A stretch of DNA of 64,000 nucleotides from the NCBI GenBank assembly GCA_964016885.1, contig OZ024740.1, positions 24,552,001 through 24,616,000 of the forward strand, read 5' to 3'. Made by a program: the position numbers and the translations under genes. Positions 42,354 through 55,127 of this stretch are shown here, piece by piece. Source of the stretch: Eledone cirrhosa. Lineage: Eukaryota. The number at the start of each line of letters is the position of its first letter. Position 1 is the first letter of the stretch. The notes beneath the pieces were generated by a model. The model was not told the origin of the DNA. It saw only the letters and a list, made by a program, of their open reading frames with translations, and made no database searches.

Positions 42354-45300
42354 TCAGGATTTGGGCACCATGGCCCATTCGAGAAGAGAATTACTGTTTG
42401 CGGAGACATATACGGGTGTGGGTGGTTTGTCCGGGATTACTTGGAGGAATTTGTCCAAAGACTTCTTGAATTTTGTGTGGTCAGTTTCTGTTTTGACGTG
42501 TCCTGGTGTGATGTTGAAGAGAGCAGGGCCGATTGAGGTGAAATAATTGTGCCGTATTGTTGTTATGAGTTGCGATTTAGATTTTTGAATGGGACGGATA
42601 ACACGGGGCCCAAGCCTTGGGTGTATCTTGAAGGCGATGCCAACATCATTTGGGCAGTGATGATGGAACATTTTCCACATCATGCAGATAATATAACGCT
42701 CACGGCGACGTTGGAGTGAGTAAAGTTTCAGGTTTTCCAATCGACCCCAGTAGTCAAGGTCTGACATGCCATCTATCTTTTTCGTGATTGCCCTTTGAGG
42801 AGCTTCAAGTTTCATGATACTTTGTTTCGTGTGGGGAGACCACAGTGGACAACAGTATTCAAGGTGTGGTCGGGCGAAAGTAGAGAAGAGAAGGATAATG
42901 GTGCGGGAATCTCTCGACTGGAAGGTTCTGAGGATCCAGGAACACATTCTGCGGGCCATGTCAACTTTGCTGCTTATATGCGTGGTCCAGCTTATGTTGC
43001 TGTCCACGGTTACTCCCAAGTCTCTGATGTTGTTAGATGCCACGAGAGTTTCCCCGGAGGGAAGGGAGTACGGGAGTTTCAGAGCATCCTCTTTTCCAAA
43101 GTGGATCAGTTCGAATTTGTCTTCGTTCAGTAACATGTTGTTCTTTTCTGCCCATTGGGTAACAGCCAGTAGGTCTGACTGAAGGCTTATCCGGTCATCC
43201 ACGCCATTGATGACCTTTTGGAGCTTGGAATCATCAGCGAAAATTTTAATGTTGCTGTGTTTGATGATGTCAGTGATGTCATTAATATAGATGATGAAGA
43301 GAAGTGGGCCCAACACAGTGCCTTGTGGGACTCCACTACTGACTTTGGCTGGGCTTGATTTGACTCCCTCAACTACAACATGTTGGGTTCTGTTTGACAG
43401 GAAGCTCTTGATCCACTGCAGCAGCTTTCCAGTGACACCAATATTGGACAGCTTTCTCAGTAGAATGTTATGATCAACCCTGTCAAAGGCCTTGCTGAAA
43501 TCAAGGTAGATAACATCAGTGTTGGAACCCTCTCCCAAGGCTCTCAAAATGTCATCAAAGTGATGCAGTAGTTGCGTCAGGCAATCCCTTCCATTACGGA
43601 ATCCATGCTGGTTGGAGTTCAGCATATTGTTACTCTCAAGGAAGTGGGTCATTCGCGATCTCACCACTCGCTCAAATACCTTAATGATATGAGAGGTGAG
43701 TGAGATTGGACGGTAATTCACGGCAAGGGATTTGTTTCCCTTTTTGAAAACTGGGACAACAGACTGGGATAGAAGGTTTTCTGGCACATATCCAGCATCC
43801 AGTGAGTTCCGCCACAGATTGGCAAGAGGAGAAGCAAGTTGGTGTTGACACGCCTTCAAGACACAAGCAGGGAACCTATCGGGACCTACTGCTGAATTAT
43901 GCTTGATTTCCTTTATTGCCGCCAAGACATCAGGGGCGCCAAACGTTATGTCCGATAAGGTGTAATGGGGAGTAACATCGCCGATACAGCCCAGATCGGC
44001 CATATCAGGATTGCTGAAAACAGAGCAGTATTGTTTCTGCAGTATCTCACCCATGGTTTTAGCATTGTCTTGAAGAGTGCCATTTTCATCAATTAGAGGG
44101 CCAACAGTAGAGCCAGTGATTTTGTGTTTTTTTGCAAATGAAAAGAACACTTTGGGATTGAGTTTGATCTTCTCAATGGCCCAGGCGTCTTCAGCTCTTC
44201 TCTGATTGTTGATGAGGGACATTATGTTGTTTTGGAGGTTATGTTTTTTAATCTCTAGTGATGAAATGGCAGTCAAGTTGATGTGTTGCTGCTGACAGTA
44301 TTTCAGCTTGTTGATTTTTTTGTTCGTTCTCTTAATTTTTCTGATGAGCGTTTTTCTATTTCTAGGGATTCTGCTCTTAGATTTGTTTATAGTTCTTAAT
44401 GGGGTGTGTTTAGCACATATGTTTGTAACAGTGTCCACAAATGTCTGCCAGGACTTTTTGATGTTAGTGGGTGTATGAGTGTGCGTGAAGGACCAGTCGA
44501 CATGTGCAAGATCATGACTGATCGCTTCCCAGTTTGCATTGTGGAAATCCATAGCGTCAAACGGATGGACAGGAGAGATGACATTGGGTTTGTATATTGG
44601 ACGGTGGAATCTCAGATCACAGAGAACCATGTCATGATCAGAGAGTAGAGTTTTCTCCACTGCAATATTGTGGATATTGTCAGTGTGATTGCTGAAAATT
44701 AAGTCTAGGACGTTTTTGTGGCACCTCGTTGGTTCGAGCCCTAGTTGGGATAGGAAGAAATCATCCATGAAGTCAAGAAGCGATTCCACAGCTTCCCTGT
44801 CAGAGGTTGAGGCAGAAGAACCTGGTGGCAGGGTGTTTGTGGACCAGTCAACTCCGGCGAGGTTGAAGTCCCCCATCATTAAGATGTTGTCAGGGTGACA
44901 CTCTTGGATGAAACACTTTATGCTGTTGAGGCATTCCTTGAAGCATGGTACAGGCGTTTGGGGTGGCCTATAGAGCCCAACTACTAATAGGTTGTTGGTT
45001 TGACTGAATACAGTGACTGCCTCACAGTATCCATTAGTGAATATGTTCATAGCCTCTGTTGAGAAAGAATTATGGACATAAATGGCAGTTCCGCCCTTTC
45101 TTCTGCCAGCGCGATCAGCACGGATGGCTTTGAAATTTTTCACTTTCACCTCGGCTTCCAAGTGGAGGTTACTGAGATGGGTTTCAGTGAGGACGAAGAA
45201 AGGGATGTGGTTTGGATGGACATCAATCCAGTCCTCCAGGAATTTGATCTTCCATTTTTGAGTATTGGTGGAAGGGCTGATGCCTTGGGCGTTAAGCAAA

Positions 45301-45374
45301 AATGTAGAGGCGAGAGTAGATGGTTTTAATTGTTTTGGTGTGTTGTTAATTTGTTTGTTTGTTAATGGCAGCAA
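42354..45374 (-). CDS. LINE ORF2: AP endonuclease plus reverse transcriptase (about 1006 aa, non-AUG start)
   Basis: Motifs LTETHL, GLYRPP, MGDFN, LDLIF, SDH, NYRPISLTS, QHGFR, YLDFSKAFDRVDH, GVPQGTVLGP, FADDSK, RDLGV; uninterrupted. Confidence 0.96.
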   Translation of the reverse strand: MLPLTNKQINNTPKQLKPSTLASTFLLNAQGISPSTNTQKWKIKFLEDWIDVHPNHIPFFVLTETHLSNLHLEAEVKVKNFKAIRADRAGRRKGGTAIYVHNSFSTEAMNIFTNGYCEAVTVFSQTNNLLVVGLYRPPQTPVPCFKECLNSIKCFIQECHPDNILMMGDFNLAGVDWSTNTLPPGSSASTSDREAVESLLDFMDDFFLSQLGLEPTRCHKNVLDLIFSNHTDNIHNIAVEKTLLSDHDMVLCDLRFHRPIYKPNVISPVHPFDAMDFHNANWEAISHDLAHVDWSFTHTHTPTNIKKSWQTFVDTVTNICAKHTPLRTINKSKSRIPRNRKTLIRKIKRTNKKINKLKYCQQQHINLTAISSLEIKKHNLQNNIMSLINNQRRAEDAWAIEKIKLNPKVFFSFAKKHKITGSTVGPLIDENGTLQDNAKTMGEILQKQYCSVFSNPDMADLGCIGDVTPHYTLSDITFGAPDVLAAIKEIKHNSAVGPDRFPACVLKACQHQLASPLANLWRNSLDAGYVPENLLSQSVVPVFKKGNKSLAVNYRPISLTSHIIKVFERVVRSRMTHFLESNNMLNSNQHGFRNGRDCLTQLLHHFDDILRALGEGSNTDVIYLDFSKAFDRVDHNILLRKLSNIGVTGKLLQWIKSFLSNRTQHVVVEGVKSSPAKVSSGVPQGTVLGPLLFIIYINDITDIIKHSNIKIFADDSKLQKVINGVDDRISLQSDLLAVTQWAEKNNMLLNEDKFELIHFGKEDALKLPYSLPSGETLVASNNIRDLGVTVDSNISWTTHISSKVDMARRMCSWILRTFQSRDSRTIILLFSTFARPHLEYCCPLWSPHTKQSIMKLEAPQRAITKKIDGMSDLDYWGRLENLKLYSLQRRRERYIICMMWKMFHHHCPNDVGIAFKIHPRLGPRVIRPIQKSKSQLITTIRHNYFTSIGPALFNITPGHVKTETDHTKFKKSLDKFLQVIPDKPPTPVYVSANSNSLLEWAMVPKS

Positions 45375-46543
45375 TGGGAGTTTGTGCAGTGGGGTGATAG
45401 TGGAGGGTGGTGCTGGGTGATAGCTCGAATGTTTTTTTCCAGTTCTTTTGCCAGATTCATTATGGCTAAAAAAGAGGAAGAAGTTTCCTGTTTAGAAGAC
45501 TGTTGGTGACTGTGGTAGTGGTTATTTTTATGTAGGTTATGGTTTTTGTTTTTGCTTTTATTTTTAATTTTATTTTCATTTATCCGACGGGTCCCCGGGA
45601 GATGGGTAAAGGGACAATCCCGGTCTAAACACAATCTGTCTCGCAGGGAAAAACGGCAGATTTGTGGATTCCTTGTTTGAGTTATTGGTGGTTGTGTTGG
45701 TGTTAAATTAGAGTATGTATTATGGTGGTGGCTGTTTGTGGGGATAGATCGTTTTGTCCTAGGTAAATGGGTGAATTTGCAGCCACTATCCGTACATATT
45801 CTATAGCGTAGAGAGTAGCGGCAAATGATGGGGTTTCAAGTGGGTGGGTATGTGGGTGTGGGTGTTGTGAGAGGTGTAGATGATGGTTTGGGTAGGATTT
45901 GACGACCTTTGTGGACTGTGGGAGGGAGAGTTCTTGTTCTGGTATTAGAAGGTAAATTCCTTGACATAGCAGTAGACAAAAATGTTGTAGTAGTAGTAGT
46001 AGTAGTAGTAGTAGGCAGAGATGTTGGCAGTGGTGATGATTGGACTGCTGGGCCAGAGAAAGGATGTGGCGTTTCATGCTGTGAGACAGAGGCTACTGGG
46101 GGGTCAATAGTTTCATTTAGTAGATCGGCCATTGTTGATGAATCAAGGAGTGGTTCACACTGTTGTTGTCGTTGTTGTTGTTGTTGCTGTTGTTGATGTT
46201 GTTGTTGTAGCTGTTGTTGATGTTGTTGTTGTAGCTGTTGTTGTTGTTGCTGTTGTAGCTGCTGTTGTTGTTGTTGCTGCTGCTGGACAGCATTCGAAGA
46301 GAAAACACACCGTAGTTTATCCAAATGTTTATTGATTAATTTAAAAGCAATTTCGATTTGCTTTAATTTATTTTGAATCTGTTGTTCAGATCGAGTTTTC
46401 AAAAATTGAACTGTACGTTTAGCAATGTCGTTCAGAGATGAAGCATGTATGTCTTCAGTTTGGGAAAGGCAATGCCATGTGTTTATTAGAATGTCAATTT
46501 CATTATCAGACCAGTTCTGTTTGGATTGTTGCTGGTTAGCCAT
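45362..46543 (-). pseudogene. LINE ORF1 (about 393 aa): Myb/SANT-like N-terminus, polyQ and two CCCH fingers; one in-frame TGA at 45836-45838
   Basis: ORFs 45836-46543 and 45362-45634 share a frame. Read-through gives T*NPIICRYSLRYRICTDSGCKFTHLP, paralleling TRNPQICRFSLRDRLCLDRDCPFTHLP, which implies a CGA>TGA change. Confidence 0.85.
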
Positions 46544-46712
46544 TCTAGTTTTGAGTGTGTGTGTGTTTTAGTTAAGTATTTCAATATATATATATATTTT
46601 TTTTTAATTTATTTTTGATTTATTTTTGTTTTTTGTTTTTCTTGTGTGTGAGTGAGAAGCGTATATATATAAATATGAGTATATATATATATATATATGA
46701 AGTATAAGAATC

Positions 46713-47012
46713 AAAATTAGATATAACTCGCACATCCACTCGTTCAAAAAGCACAGCCTAGCCAACTCCACCTCACTTTCTAGCTACATACACTATCTAA
46801 AATCTAAAAATAAACCATACACACTCAAATGGGAAGTGATAGGCAGCGCGACCTCGTACAAACCACCTAATAAATTCTGTAACCTCTGTATACTAGAGAC
46901 ACACAATATTATCTTCTCCAACCGTAACCTACTTAACAAAAAATCTGAGGTGTTTGCAACTTGCCAGCACCGCCTCAGACATTCCTTCCAAAACTTTAAG
47001 CCCTATATATAG
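46713..47012 (+). pseudogene. C-terminal part of PLE GIY-YIG endonuclease (absent from the ORF track because it has no start codon)
   Basis: KIRYNSHIHSFKKHSLANSTSLSSYIHYLK..LKWEVI..FCNLCILETHNII..LLNKKSEVFATCQHR..PYI*; conserved R, E and LN residues of GIY-YIG plus CxxC/CxH. Confidence 0.85.
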
Positions 47013-48455
47013 CAATGTCGGACTGGAACCTAACACCACATCTAGCATCAAACACCAGAGACACACCCTATACTACATACCCAACACTAGCTGATCCATT
47101 ATAACACAAACAACGACATCCCTCTGGAACCCTTCGCAGGGAAAATACCCATTTATACCTCTACGGCAGGTGTGACAACATCCACCCACCTGGACGGCAC
47201 TACACCGCTCTAAGGGTAATTTGAGCATGAATTGATCGGTTGGATGGTGTTGGGCAGAGGAAACACCTTCCTTAGACAGATGTAAAATGATTTGATCGAG
47301 TAGCGCTGTTGACCAGTAGGACCGGGCTGCTGAGCGCAGTGAGTGAATGCAATGCAACTGCCGTGCGGGTTGTACGTATATGGATGATCTGACGGTCAGA
47401 GAGGGGTCGCGAGGACTGCGGATTGACCTTTGGCCTGCCTGGGGACGATTATCTTTCGACATCCAATGTAGCAAGCGATGACCCAGATCTTACCAGAGAT
47501 CATTGGGTCCTGAAGCAATCCTGCAATCACCGCGCCTGGTCATATGAGCAGACTACAACCACAGAGATCATTAATTTAGAATCCTCGCTCATCATCTATA
47601 ATTTCCATTTGTAGCACCTTAAGATGGGTTAATCCACCTTAATATTAATATGATCACCTTCAGCATAATTTAGTTAAACTACTCTATAGTTAGTACACTT
47701 TATGCTTTAAAAGTCTCTCTTGGAAGGTGCACCTCACCATAGAATTTAGGGTCTATATTGGGACACATTTTAATGGCTAGATATAGAAACCCCAGAGTTA
47801 CCTCCCCGCATGCATTAACTCCCCTTAGCCACACACACACTTCCGGTATTCAATGGCGTCTCTCGAAACGTAACAACCTCCTGTATCGAACTAAAGAACA
47901 CCAGACTACGATCTCTAACTGGATTGTCGTGGATTATGTGAAAGGCATATAATCGAAATATACACTCCCTTGACCATGAAAATGCCGAAGTACATGAATT
48001 ACTTGACATCCCTGCGCTGTGCATCTCCAATACTTATAACACTTTTAATGCTTGCACTATCTTTAATGCTTATAATATTTCTCCACACACAGACTATATC
48101 AATCATATAAAGACTTTGCCACCAGATCTACCAACCTAACACTCTTATTTACCTACCTAAGTGCCTCTACCACACATATCTCTCTGCCACACTATATAAA
48201 CAAGACGCACATGCGTGCCACACATATAACATTTGCACTATATAACCACTTATCTTCATGTTGTACTTTAACCTATATCTTTGATTTTTGTTTGTACCTA
48301 TTAATATAAATGTAATCTCGAAGTGTGTACTGCCACTCTAAATTCTGTAATGAATGTTGACCCACAATGTTTGAATATGTATCAATGTTTGAATATGTAT
48401 TGATATGTCTCTCGGCTGAAAAGGAGGTCATATAACTGTCCATGCATTAATAAAT

Positions 48456-48502
48456 TGCTCCGAAGAATCCAAACCTCGGTTTGGAGGAAACAGCTGTAAG
48501 CA
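48456..48502 (+). ncRNA. Minimal type I hammerhead, U4C core variant
   Basis: TGCT-CCGAAGA-A-TCCAAACC-TC-GGTTTGGA-G-GAAA-CAGCTG-TA-AGCA. Confidence 0.8.
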
Positions 48503-48821
48503 CAATAATGTTTTGAACAGTTCTTTGATTCTTATACTTCATATAACTGCTCTGTAAATCATCTGATGTTTTTACATTGAGCTACTTAACTTACTGGTAA
48601 TAAGGTAGTAATACATTACTGCCTACCACTATTTAGGGTGTGTGTAAAATACTTACAACTGCTTAAGGTTTTGTGTTTACATAACCATAAATAGTATAAC
48701 TAATACTATATATATATATGTATATTCTGGTTATTTGAAATTAATTAAGTTAATGAAAAGACGAAAGTATATAATAATAATTTGTAGTTAAAGGAAAATT
48801 TACTCACAAGTTCGTGTGTGT

Positions 48822-49713
<892 letters not shown>

Positions 49714-49719
<6 letters not shown>

Positions 49720-49936
49720 GAATGTATGTATAGTATATTTGCCAATATACCGTATGTTTAATCAAAAACATTTGGAATACGATACGCTATCAGTGTTAAA
49801 GTAGTAACACAGTCACTACTTTAACACTGATAGCGTATCGTATTCCAAATGTTTTTGATTAAACATACGGTATATTGCCAAACATACTATACATACATTC
49901 GTGTATATATCGCTATTTCAGACCACCAATCCTAAT
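49714..49936 (+). mobile_element. Fold-back element with about 90-bp arms
   Basis: Arms 49714-49805 and 49815-49906 around a 9-nt loop; short tail; in (TA)n. Confidence 0.8.
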
Positions 49937-49961
49937 ATATATATATATATTTTATATATAT

Positions 49962-50474
49962 TTAACTCGGCTGCGTTTGTCTGTTTCTCTCTTACTGCTT
50001 CCCCGCTCTCTCTGTTTCTCACACCGTCTTTCGCCCCCTCTGTCAATTACACTTTCTCTCGACTGACCTCTTCCTCACACTTCCACTCACTCACTCTCTG
50101 TTCCTCCCCTTCTCACTTCCTCCCGTCTGGCTTGTGTGGGTCTCTTCTTGCTCACACCGCACACACATCGAAACGGTCTGTACCTCTCTCGCTCATGAAA
50201 TCCACCCAGTTTATACTGATCGGACAACCATGTTGCTTGTGTATTTTCCTATCTTCGGTTTGCTTTTATCCTTCTATGTTGTTTACTTGTACCCCTCGCT
50301 TTACGCGAATTCTCGTCCCAATAACTTTTTTTAGTTATTACTCGCTCCAACCTGAGGTATCTGATTTTTAATGCGATGAAATACCAATGATGGTTGGAAA
50401 ATCACTGACGAAGTACTATTTTTATCATATGTAACCCATGTGCAAACCACGCAGTATTCTTCTTTCTTCTCATG

Positions 50475-50478
<4 letters not shown>
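49962..50478 (+). mobile_element. Diverged member of the K-turn repeat family
   Basis: Shares TCTCACTTCCTCCCGTCTG, CCCAATAACTT and the CTGAGGTATCTGA..AAATACC.ATGATG hairpin with 29675-30522 (-). Confidence 0.7.
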
Positions 50479-50520
<42 letters not shown>

Positions 50521-50541
50521 GAATATATATATATGAATACG

Positions 50542-50597
<56 letters not shown>

Positions 50598-50744
50598 GCC
50601 AGGCGTCTATAAATCTAAATATATATATTCTATGTAAATAATTTGCATATTTCCATTACACTGTGTTCTTTTGAACAGAATTTAAATCACATGTCTTACG
50701 ATATATACACACAATAATGTTCATAGAGACACAGACCACCCTCC

Positions 50745-50990
50745 ATATATATACTTTTTTCTTCTCCGCCCACACCACGTATTCCTGAGAGTGTTTTGGG
50801 GGAAGAGTCAGCAAACACTCCTTCCAGCAGGTCCTGTCAAAATCTACCGTCTCCAACTGTTCGAGCTCGGTCCCCGAGCTAGTCCAGCCAACCTCATGGA
50901 TGTTATCCAACCATTTTGCTCGGCGTCTATTCTGGGTCTCCTGCTGCTGGTTCTGCCCATAAAAGTTGTCTGTCAATGTTTCTGTGACAT
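50745..50990 (-). mobile_element. RTE-like LINE 3' fragment
   Basis: RRRAKWLDNI..DRTCWK motif typical of the RTE C-terminus. Confidence 0.55.
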
Positions 50991-51171
50991 TATAACCTCA
51001 TGTCCATAGTATTGGAGTTGTGTTCTCTCATTCCGGAGAAGTCGCGGCTCTACCTGGAGTGACTCTCTGTTCTCTGAGCTTCACACTCTATCGAATAATA
51101 TTACTCCATAGACACCTCAGAGGAACCTCATTTCGGCTGCTTGCAATCGCCATCGTATACTTTCACTCATT

Positions 51172-51327
51172 AGAATTGGCAGCATCGGTAGACTTTCGGA
51201 CATGCTTTCCAGCATAGTTGCGCCCCTTTACTATCTGAGTTCAAATCCCATTACGGGTTCGATAAAATAAAGTACCAGTAATGAATTGGGTAATTGCTGG
51301 CCTTGTGCCAAAAGTAGAAACAATTAT
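51172..51327 (+). mobile_element. SINE copy with internal deletion
   Basis: A/B boxes and family tail. Confidence 0.87.
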
Positions 51328-52154
51328 CTAAGATTCATGATAATAAGTAAGGGTTGGCATGAATACCGAATTAAAGATAGCGAGTTTGGCATACCCATTA
51401 CATTCTGTCGAAAGCGCCCTCTGCCATCAGATTCTGCTTCTATTAGCTGCTATATGAACGGCTAGGATGTAACAAGCTTTCTATAGAATCTATAGTGTTT
51501 GGTTATACGAAATAGTTTTTAGAAAATACAGGAATCCCGAACATTGAGAATGGAATTCTATTCAATTTTTTTACCGAAAACCTCATTGTTAAATTATTAT
51601 AAATGTACTTAGCATAGTCGATGCTGTTTAGTGTACAAATAACCGCACTAAAAAGAGAATATGGAGAAATGATTGCGGTATAAGTTATTCTGCATACTTG
51701 GTTTATCTCAGAAGAGAACAATTGCATAATTTAACCCTGTCAGACGAATAACTTCATTTCACCTAACAGTCACGCTGATCCCCAAAACCAGTCAGTGGCA
51801 CTGTCCTACCCACGCTGAGTATATATTTACACAACAGCATTCATACACATAGGTCGAGAAACGTACATATCTGAAATACAAATCTCAGAATAAGTATCAC
51901 AAAGAAACACCACCCGGCACATCTACGAAACTAACCATTCTTTTACAACCAATCGCATCAAAGTACACATGTACTCACATACGTTTGCAACCACTCAGAA
52001 ACATATTGTTGCACGCCAATGCAATTATATAGCCATAAACAACCCTCTTACATTCAAACCACCCAGACACACAGATACATAGACACACACGCACACACTC
52101 ACAAATACACCCCGCACACACATACACACAAAGACACACACACAAATACACACA

Positions 52155-53290
52155 CATCACCACCTCCAACAACACCACCTCTAACACTACCATCATCACC
52201 ACCACCAACACCAACACCACCACCACCATTACCACCAACACCACCATCACCACCTCCATCAACACCACCTCTAACACAACCATCATCACGACCACCACCA
52301 CCAACACCAAGACCACCACCACCATTACCACCAACACCACCATCACCGCCTCCACCAACACCACCTCTAACACTACCATCATCACCACCACCAACACCAT
52401 TACCACTACCACCATTACCACCAACACCACCATCACCACCTCCACCAACACCACCTCTAACACTACCATCATCACCACCACCACCACCAACACCAACACC
52501 ACCACCACCATTACCACCAACACCACCATCACCGCCTCCACCAACACCACCTCTAACACTACCATCATCACCACCACCAACACCAAGACCACCACCACCA
52601 TTACCACCAAGACCACCATCACCACCTCCACCAACACCACCTCTAACACTACCATCATCACCACCACCACCACCAACACCAAGACCACCACCACCATTAC
52701 CACCACCACCATTACCACCAACACCACCATCACCACCTCCACCAACACCACCTCTAACACTACCATCATCACCACCACCACCACCAACACCAACACCACC
52801 ACCACCATTACCACCAACACCACCATCACCACCTCCACCAATACCACCTCTAACACTACCATCATCACAAACACCACCACCATCACCATAACACCACTAC
52901 CTCCACCAACACCACCATCACCACCTCCGGCAACACCACCTCTAACACTACCATGATCACCACCACCATCACCAACACCACCACCACTTCACTACCACCA
53001 CCGCCACTACCACCACCACCACTACCACCACCACCACCACCACTTCACCACCACCAACACTACCACCACCACCCCCAACATTTCACTACCACCACGGTCA
53101 CTACCACCACTTCACTACCACCACCGCCACTACCACCACCACTTCACCACCACCAACACTACTCCCCCACCATTTCACTACCACCACTTCACTACCACCA
53201 CTTCACTACCACCACCGCCAATACCACCACCACCACCACCACCACCACTACCACCACCACCACCACCACCACCACCACCACTACCACGAC
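52155..53290. repeat. (CCA)n-derived minisatellite
   Basis: Recurrent CCACCTCTAACACTACCATCATCACC blocks with variable CCA runs. Confidence 0.93.
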
Positions 53291-54039
53291 TACACCAAGT
53301 TCTAACCATCTTATCTATTTAATAAGCACTTTTTTCAGCTACACCTCACTACGTGCATTTGATAATAAACTAGAAAACTACATTTAACATTTTCAAAGAG
53401 CTCAAAGTGTTCTTTTAGGTGACTGTCTTTTTCTTTAGATTCTAAAGGTCAAACCAAACTTCAAAAGGTCAAAATCAACATATTTGGAAACTTAATTCTA
53501 ATATACAATTATATTAAGTTAAAGATTTAGTTTGAAAGTATTCATACTACTTTTTTATTTTTGTATTTTTGATGTTCAAGTATGTCTGTTTAGATGTATG
53601 TATATATGTGTTTCATCTTGAGTTTCTTTACGTGTGTGAGTGTATGTATATATATATATGTCTCTACAAACTGACTATATATATATATATATATATATAC
53701 TGATTGACGTTTGTAAAGATATATACGTTTATCTCTCTCTCTCACTCTCTCTCTCTCACTATATATATATATATATATGCACACACACACACATAGATAT
53801 ATATTCATAAATCATACATACGTATATATATGTATATATATACTGTGGCACAGAATGCATAAATAGATTTTTTACCAACACACCACGTAATAGACAGATG
53901 TAATTTCTTTACTTTACAAATGTTTTGGCGTCAGAAAACGAGAAATCAGACCAACTTCAAACCTATGTTGGGACTTCATCATCAATTTATGATATATTCA
54001 TTTTGTTAAGGCTGAATAGTGAGTCTTGATACTCTAGAG

Positions 54040-54758
54040 TACAGGTTCTCAACCCATTTAGGCCAAACGCCCCCTTTTGTCCCTCGAAATAACGAAACGC
54101 CCCCCCCCCCCCCTGCCACCCTATTTTTTCACTTTTTCAATATACTACTGATTTTTATATCAGTAGATTACTAAAAAATTGATTAACAATATTCCAAACA
54201 TGTGTGTATTATCTGATTATGTGTTGTATGTGGTCCTAGATGTGTGTTCTACTCGCTTCTGTTTTTTTCTTTTCTTTTTTTTTATTTGTAATATTATTTA
54301 TACAATAGGGAATAAAATAGATCTACATAGTGTTAACTCGTTACGGTTGAGTCAATAATTTCAGACATGAAATACATTGTTATCGGTGAAGGAAAGATAA
54401 GATTCTAACTGGCTGCGCTCAAAGTGTCTTTAACCCAGTTGACTGTGGGTTTTTCCATTTTTAGGATCTCAATTACCGGACATGTCTGCACACCTGCTCA
54501 CAGCTGCGGTCAGACTATAGTTATGCTGTCTGCAAGCTCATTCAAACTGCAGCCGTGAGCAGGTGTGCAGGCATGTCCGGTAATTGAGACGTTAACCGGT
54601 AATTGAGATCCTAAAAATAGAAAAACCCAGCGCCCCCCTAACCCCCTCCCCCAGCTCCAAACGCCCCCCTAACGCGACCTTGCTCCTAAACGCCCCCCCC
54701 CCCCTGGAGTTCCGAAACGCCCCCCGGGGGTGCATATGCCCCCCGTTGAGAACCTTTG
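54040..54758. mobile_element. Non-autonomous hAT (Charlie/Buster-like) MITE
   Basis: 14-bp TIRs TACAGGTTCTCAAC / GTTGAGAACCTTTG; 8-bp TSD CTCTAGAG / CTCTAGAC (NTCTAGAN target); subterminal AACGCCCCC repeats; internal inverted repeat 54447-54629. Confidence 0.9.
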
Positions 54759-55023
54759 CTCTAGACTTTGCCTGTTTATCACAGGGTCATCAAACAAGAA
54801 CATTTCTTCTAAGATGGCTCTGTCTTATGATCGTGCTTCGAGCTGGTCGCTCGAGAATCAATTCTGATATGTCCAATAAATTACTTTCGTCGCAACATTG
54901 ATTCTCTTTTTTTCTGTGATATCATACTCTGCTCTACGAGGTCATCGAGTGCTCATACGGCCTACCGCATACGGACGCTTTAAGCATCCAACACCAATTA
55001 TTTATATATATATATATATATAA

Positions 55024-55111
55024 TAATTGTTTCTACTTTAGACACAAGGCCAGCAATTATCCAGTACATTACTGGTACTTTATTTTATCGACCCCGTAAG
55101 GATGAAAGGCA
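55024..55111 (-). mobile_element. SINE 3' half
   Basis: Reverse complement of the family body and tail. Confidence 0.88.
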
Positions 55112-55127
55112 CGTATATATATAATAA

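Larger units (their letters stand above)
42258..46660 (-). mobile_element. Near-intact, apparently full-length CR1/L2-group LINE inserted in (TA)n
   Basis: 5' UTR, ORF1, open APE-RT ORF2, short 3' UTR ending in tandem (GTTATTCAAA)2; flanked by TA repeats. Confidence 0.92.
46697..48705 (+). mobile_element. 5'-truncated Penelope-like element (possibly Naiad-type) with long 3' UTR, hammerhead, tail and short 5' inversion
   Basis: GIY-YIG C-terminal ORF; hammerhead at 48456-48502; 5' end ATGAAGTATAAGAATCAAA is the reverse complement of 48524-48542; in (TA)n. Confidence 0.88.

Noticed and set aside
42795-45329. Plus-strand ORFs within the LINE (likewise within the Tx1 copies)
   Set aside because: Antisense shadows of the RT ORF.
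45836-45838. In-frame TGA in ORF1 as selenocysteine or readthrough
   Set aside because: It aligns with Arg in the sister CCCH repeat, so CGA>TGA decay is the simpler explanation.
47476-47516. SECIS element in the PLE 3' UTR
   Set aside because: The GA would pair canonically within the stem, there is no apical AA, and the surviving ORF has no in-frame TGA.
51975-53387. Extensin-like Pro-rich and Val-rich ORFs
   Set aside because: A CCA minisatellite open in several frames on both strands, starting in a CA repeat, with no signal peptide or clear splice context.
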